This document shows, piece by piece, positions 60,095 through 64,000 of a stretch of 64,000 nucleotides of DNA. A program made the translations under genes and the position numbers. The notes beneath the pieces were generated by a model. The model saw only the letters and a list, made by a program, of their open reading frames with translations, was not told the DNA's origin and searched no databases. The stretch's first letter is position 1; each line of letters opens with the position of its first letter. Origin of the DNA: Pseudomonas aeruginosa PAO1 (lineage in GTDB: Bacteria > Pseudomonadota > Gammaproteobacteria > Pseudomonadales > Pseudomonadaceae); NCBI RefSeq assembly GCF_000006765.1, contig NC_002516.2; one strand, given 5' to 3'.

Positions 60095-60906
60095 GGCGCA
60101 CCCCAGCCGGCGGCCCAGAGCAGGGCCGCGAACACCGGGATGGCTGCCGTCAGGCTGTCGATGCGATCCAGCACGCCACCGTGGCCGGGCAGCAGGTTGC
60201 TGCTGTCCTTGATTCCGGACTGGCGCTTGAACATGCTTTCGGTGAGGTCGCCGACGATCGAGACGAACACCACCAGCGCCGCACCGAGCAGGGCCAGGAG
60301 CAGCGCGCCGAGGGACCAGCCGCGGTAGAGGCCGACCGCCAGGGTGATCGCCAGGCTGGCCGCCAGGCCGCCGTAAACGCCTTCCCAGCTCTTGCCGGGG
60401 CTGACCCGCGGCGCCAGCTTGCGCTTGCCGAAGGCCTTGCCGGAGAAGTAGGCGCCGATATCCGCGCCCCAGACCAGCACCATCACGGCGATGATCAGGC
60501 CATTGGCCAGCGGCCACTGCTTGAGCAGGACCAGCCCCTGCCAGGCCGGCAACAGGATCAGCAGGCCCATGCCCAGGCGGCGCCAGCGGCCGCCCCAGTA
60601 GCCGACGCTTTCCGGGTAGGTGAGCACCAGCACGGTGGCCAGCGTCCACCAGACCAGCGCCAGCAGCAGCACGGCTCCGGCAAGCTGCGGCAGATGGTAG
60701 AGAGCGACCATCAGCACGGCGACCGTCGCCGCGTAGGCAACGCGGCCGAACTGTTGTTCATAGCCGGCCAGGCGCGCCCATTCCCAGGCCCCCAGGCTCA
60801 CCACCGCGCCGATGAACAGGGCGAAGAACGCCCCTTCGAGAAGGAAAAAACCACCCAGCGCGATGGGCAAAAGCACCAGCGCCGTGATGATCCGTTGTTT
60901 CAGCAT
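60091..60906 (-). CDS. cdsA: Phosphatidate cytidylyltransferase
   Basis: [26 protein letters not shown] motifs. Confidence 0.98.
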
Positions 60907-61655
60907 GACGGACGGGCCTCGGCCTCGACTTGCTCGCTGGTCTTGCCGAAGCGGCGCTGGCGCTTGGAGAAATCCGCCAGGGCAGCCCGCATCGCCGCGT
61001 GCTTGAAGTCGGGCCAGAACAGGTCGGAGAAATACAGCTCGGCGTAGGCCAGCTGCCAGAGAAGGAAATTGCTGATGCGATGCTCGCCGCCGGTGCGGAT
61101 GCACAGGTCGGGCAGCGGCTGGTCGCCGGTCACCAGGCAGCCCTGGAGCAGCTCGGCGGAGATATCGTCCGCCGCCAGGTGCCCGCCCTGGACCTCGCGC
61201 GCCAGGCGCTGTGCGGCCTGGACGATGTCCCACTGGCCGCCGTAGTTGGCGGCGACCTGGAGGAGGAAACGGGTATTGCCGGCAGTGGCGGCTTCCGCTT
61301 CGCGCATGGCCGCCTGCAACTCCGGATGGAAACGCGTGCGATCGCCGATGATGCGCAGGCGGATGCCGTTCTCGTCGAGCTTGCGCACCTCGCGGCGCAG
61401 GGCCACGAGAAACAGCTCCATCAGCGCGCTGACTTCGTCCGCCGGACGCTGCCAGTTCTCGCTGGAGAACGCGAACAGGGTGAGGACCTCGACCCCTGCC
61501 TCGGCGCAGACCTCGATCACCGCCCTGACGGCATCGACACCGGCCTTGTGGCCGGCGACGCCGGGCAGAAGACGCTTCTTCGCCCAGCGATTGTTACCGT
61601 CCATGATAATGGCCACGTGGCGTGGCACGCACACATCCTTCCGGGTCTTTTCCAT
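60900..61655 (-). CDS. uppS: Undecaprenyl diphosphate synthase
   Basis: IMDGNNRW, FSSENW, RTGGE.RISNF motifs. Confidence 0.98.
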   Translation of the reverse strand: MEKTRKDVCVPRHVAIIMDGNNRWAKKRLLPGVAGHKAGVDAVRAVIEVCAEAGVEVLTLFAFSSENWQRPADEVSALMELFLVALRREVRKLDENGIRLRIIGDRTRFHPELQAAMREAEAATAGNTRFLLQVAANYGGQWDIVQAAQRLAREVQGGHLAADDISAELLQGCLVTGDQPLPDLCIRTGGEHRISNFLLWQLAYAELYFSDLFWPDFKHAAMRAALADFSKRQRRFGKTSEQVEAEARPSC

Positions 61656-61670
61656 GACGTCAGCCCGGCC

Positions 61671-62228
61671 TCAGACAGCCATGAGGTCCGCTTCTTTGGC
61701 TTCCAGTGCCTTCTCGATCTCACCGATGAACTTGTCGGTCAGCTTCTGCACGTCGTCGCCGGCGCGGCGCTCTTCGTCCTCGCTGATTTCCTTTTCCTTC
61801 TGCAGGTCCTTCAACTGGGCCAGCGCATCGCGACGGATGTTGCGCACGGAAACCCGCGCCTGCTCGGCCTCGGCACGCGCCTGCTTGGTGTAGCCCTTGC
61901 GGGTCTCCTCGGTCAGGGCCGGCATCGGTACGCGGATGGTGGTGCCGGCGGTGGCCGGGTTGAGCCCCAGGTCGGAGGTCATGATGGCCTTCTCGACCGC
62001 CTGGATCATGCTCTTGTCGAACACGGCCAGGGCCAGGGTACGGGAGTCTTCCACGGTGACGTTGGCGACCTGGCGCAGCGGCGTATCGGCCCCGTAATAG
62101 GAAACCATCACGCTATCCAGGATGCTCGGATGCGCGCGACCGGTACGAATCTTCGCGAAGGCATGGCCCAGCGCTTCCAGGGTCTTGCCCATGCGCTCCT
62201 GCGCTTCCTTCTTGATCTCGTTGATCAT
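61671..62228 (-). CDS. frr: Ribosome recycling factor
   Basis: [13 protein letters not shown] motifs; 185 aa. Confidence 0.98.
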   Translation of the reverse strand: MINEIKKEAQERMGKTLEALGHAFAKIRTGRAHPSILDSVMVSYYGADTPLRQVANVTVEDSRTLALAVFDKSMIQAVEKAIMTSDLGLNPATAGTTIRVPMPALTEETRKGYTKQARAEAEQARVSVRNIRRDALAQLKDLQKEKEISEDEERRAGDDVQKLTDKFIGEIEKALEAKEADLMAV

Positions 62229-62230
62229 TC

Positions 62231-62968
62231 TCAACCCTCCTCGATCAGGGTGCCTTCGGCACCACCAACAACAATATTCAGCAATGCGCCCGGCTTGTTC
62301 ATGTTGAACACCCGCAGCGGCATGTTCTGGTCACGGCACAGGCAGATGGCGGTCAGGTCCATCACGCCGAGCTTGCGGTCGAGCACTTCATCATAGGTCA
62401 GGCGCTCGAACTTCTCGGCATTCGGGTCCTTGAACGGGTCGGCAGTGTACACGCCATCGACCTTGGTAGCCTTAAGGACCACGTCGGCGTCGATCTCGAT
62501 GGCGCGCAGGCAAGCCGCCGAGTCGGTGGTGAAGAACGGGTTGCCGGTACCGGCGGAGAAGATCACCACCTCGCCACCGCCGAGGTGGCGCATGGCCTTG
62601 CGGCGGTCGTAGTGGTCGGTCACACCGACCATGGAGATCGCCGACATCACCAGCGCGGGGATGTTCGAGCGCTCCAGCGCATCGCGCATCGCCAGGCCGT
62701 TCATCACGGTGGCCAGCATCCCCATGTGGTCGCCGGTCACCCGGTCCATGCCGGCCGCGGACAGGGCCGCGCCGCGGAACAGGTTGCCGCCGCCGATGAC
62801 CAGGCCGACCTGCACGCCGATCCCGACCAACTGGCCGATTTCCAGCGCCATGCGGTCCAGCACCTTGGGATCAATGCCGAACTCCTCCGAGCCCATCAGG
62901 GCTTCGCCGCTCAACTTTAGAAGAATGCGTTTATAGCGAGGTTGACGAGCGCTCAGTTGCTGAGCCAT
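62231..62968 (-). CDS. pyrH: Uridylate kinase
   Basis: [24 protein letters not shown] motifs. Confidence 0.98.
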   Translation of the reverse strand: MAQQLSARQPRYKRILLKLSGEALMGSEEFGIDPKVLDRMALEIGQLVGIGVQVGLVIGGGNLFRGAALSAAGMDRVTGDHMGMLATVMNGLAMRDALERSNIPALVMSAISMVGVTDHYDRRKAMRHLGGGEVVIFSAGTGNPFFTTDSAACLRAIEIDADVVLKATKVDGVYTADPFKDPNAEKFERLTYDEVLDRKLGVMDLTAICLCRDQNMPLRVFNMNKPGALLNIVVGGAEGTLIEEG

Positions 62969-63166
62969 GACCTTTTCTCCTGCGGCGATAAAAATACGTG
63001 ACGGCCGGGCCGTCGTGGGCGGAGACGACTTTGCGCCTGCGTTGCGTGCAAGCCCGCCGAGCGGGCCGGCAACGCGGAAGCTGCCCCGAACGCTTCCCCA
63101 TTTGACGAAGAGGCCGCACGCATCAGCGGGCAGCCTCTTCCGGGGCGACAGTCGAAACCGTCTTTG

Positions 63167-64000
63167 TTACTGCTTGGTGGCGGCTACTTGAGCGGCAACT
63201 TCGGCAGCGAAGTCCACTTCGGCCTTCTCGATGCCTTCACCCACTTCGTAACGAACGAAGGAAACGATTTCGGCACCGGCCTGCTTGGCCAGGTCGCCGA
63301 CCTTCACTTCCGGGTTCTTCACGAAAGGCTGCTCGACCAGGCTCGCTTCGGCGAGGAACTTGCTGATGCGGCCCTTGACCATGTTCTCGACGATGTTCTC
63401 CGGCTTGCCGGCGATCTTGTCGGCGTTCAGCGCCAGGAAGATTTCCTTCTCTTTCGCGATCGCTTCTTCGGAAACTTCCGAAGCGCTCAGGAACTGCGGG
63501 TTGCTGGCGGCGACATGCATGGCGATGTCCTTGGCCAGTTCCGGGTTGCCGCCTTTCAGGTTGACCACGACACCGATGCGGTGGCCGTGCAGGTAGGCGC
63601 CGACCACGTCGCCCTCGACGCGGGTCAGGCGGCGGATGTTGACGTTCTCGCCGGTCTTGGCGACCAGGGCCAGACGAGCTTCCTCACGTGCTTCGACCAG
63701 CGGAGCGGCGTCGGTCAGCTTCTCGTTGAAGGCCTTTTCCAGGCTCTCGGCGACGAAGCCCTTGAAGTCGTCCTGGAGGGCCAGGAAGTCGGTCTGGGAG
63801 TTGACTTCGATGATCACGGCGGCCTTGTTGTCGGCAGCGATCTTGACGGCGATCGAGCCTTCGGCGGCAATGTTGCCGGCCTTCTTGGCAGCCTTGATCG
63901 CACCGGCAGCGCGCATGTCGTCGATGGCCTTCTCGATGTCGCCGCCAGCGGCGGTCAGCGCCTTCTTGCACTCCATCATGCCCAAGCCGGTACGCTCGCG
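63167..64000 (-). CDS. tsf: Elongation factor Ts, 5' end outside window
   Basis: RERTGLGMMECKKAL, EVNSQTDF motifs. Confidence 0.98.
   Translation of the reverse strand, partial: RERTGLGMMECKKALTAAGGDIEKAIDDMRAAGAIKAAKKAGNIAAEGSIAVKIAADNKAAVIIEVNSQTDFLALQDDFKGFVAESLEKAFNEKLTDAAPLVEAREEARLALVAKTGENVNIRRLTRVEGDVVGAYLHGHRIGVVVNLKGGNPELAKDIAMHVAASNPQFLSASEVSEEAIAKEKEIFLALNADKIAGKPENIVENMVKGRISKFLAEASLVEQPFVKNPEVKVGDLAKQAGAEIVSFVRYEVGEGIEKAEVDFAAEVAAQVAATKQ

Noticed and set aside
58904-61233. Extended dxr (581 aa) and cdsA (380 aa) ORFs
   Set aside because: Shadow extensions through the upstream genes; true starts at 60094 and 60906 overlap the upstream stops as expected in this operon.

Overview
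High-GC Pseudomonas aeruginosa core-chromosome segment. From recalled gene order it is syntenic with PAO1 PA3595-PA3655; locus tags are from memory, not a database search. In order it holds: an MFS transporter (5' end outside the window), Ada, a LuxR/amidase/APC-permease module, Zur-repressed Zn-free ribosomal paralogs L31/L36, a GltS-like FMN protein, dgkA, erdR, potABCD, a phosphoketolase/beta-CASP/LOG trio, recX-recA-pncC, an orphan secreted beta-propeller, mutS, fdxA, the RsmZ sRNA, rpoS-nlpD-pcm-surE-truD-ispF, formaldehyde detox genes, yedEF, ispD-ftsB-eno-kdsA-pyrG-tilS-accA-dnaE, an Ala/Gly symporter, the rnhB-lpx-skp-bamA-mucP-dxr-cdsA-uppS-frr-pyrH cluster and tsf (5' end outside the window). 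No prophage, IS, integron, CRISPR array, tRNA or rRNA was seen, and mutS, rpoS, mucP and recA are intact. Best candidates for under-described biology: (1) a divergent phosphoketolase with an ANR-type promoter beside a beta-CASP nuclease and a LOG nucleotidase, suggesting an RNA-to-ATP salvage route under hypoxia; (2) a pyrG promoter and leader with the geometry of CTP-sensing start-site switching; (3) a sigma70 promoter for bamA written into mucP through rare synonymous codons; (4) an atypical-codon patch in BamA loop 6. Most long ORFs in the supplied track are GC3 shadow frames.
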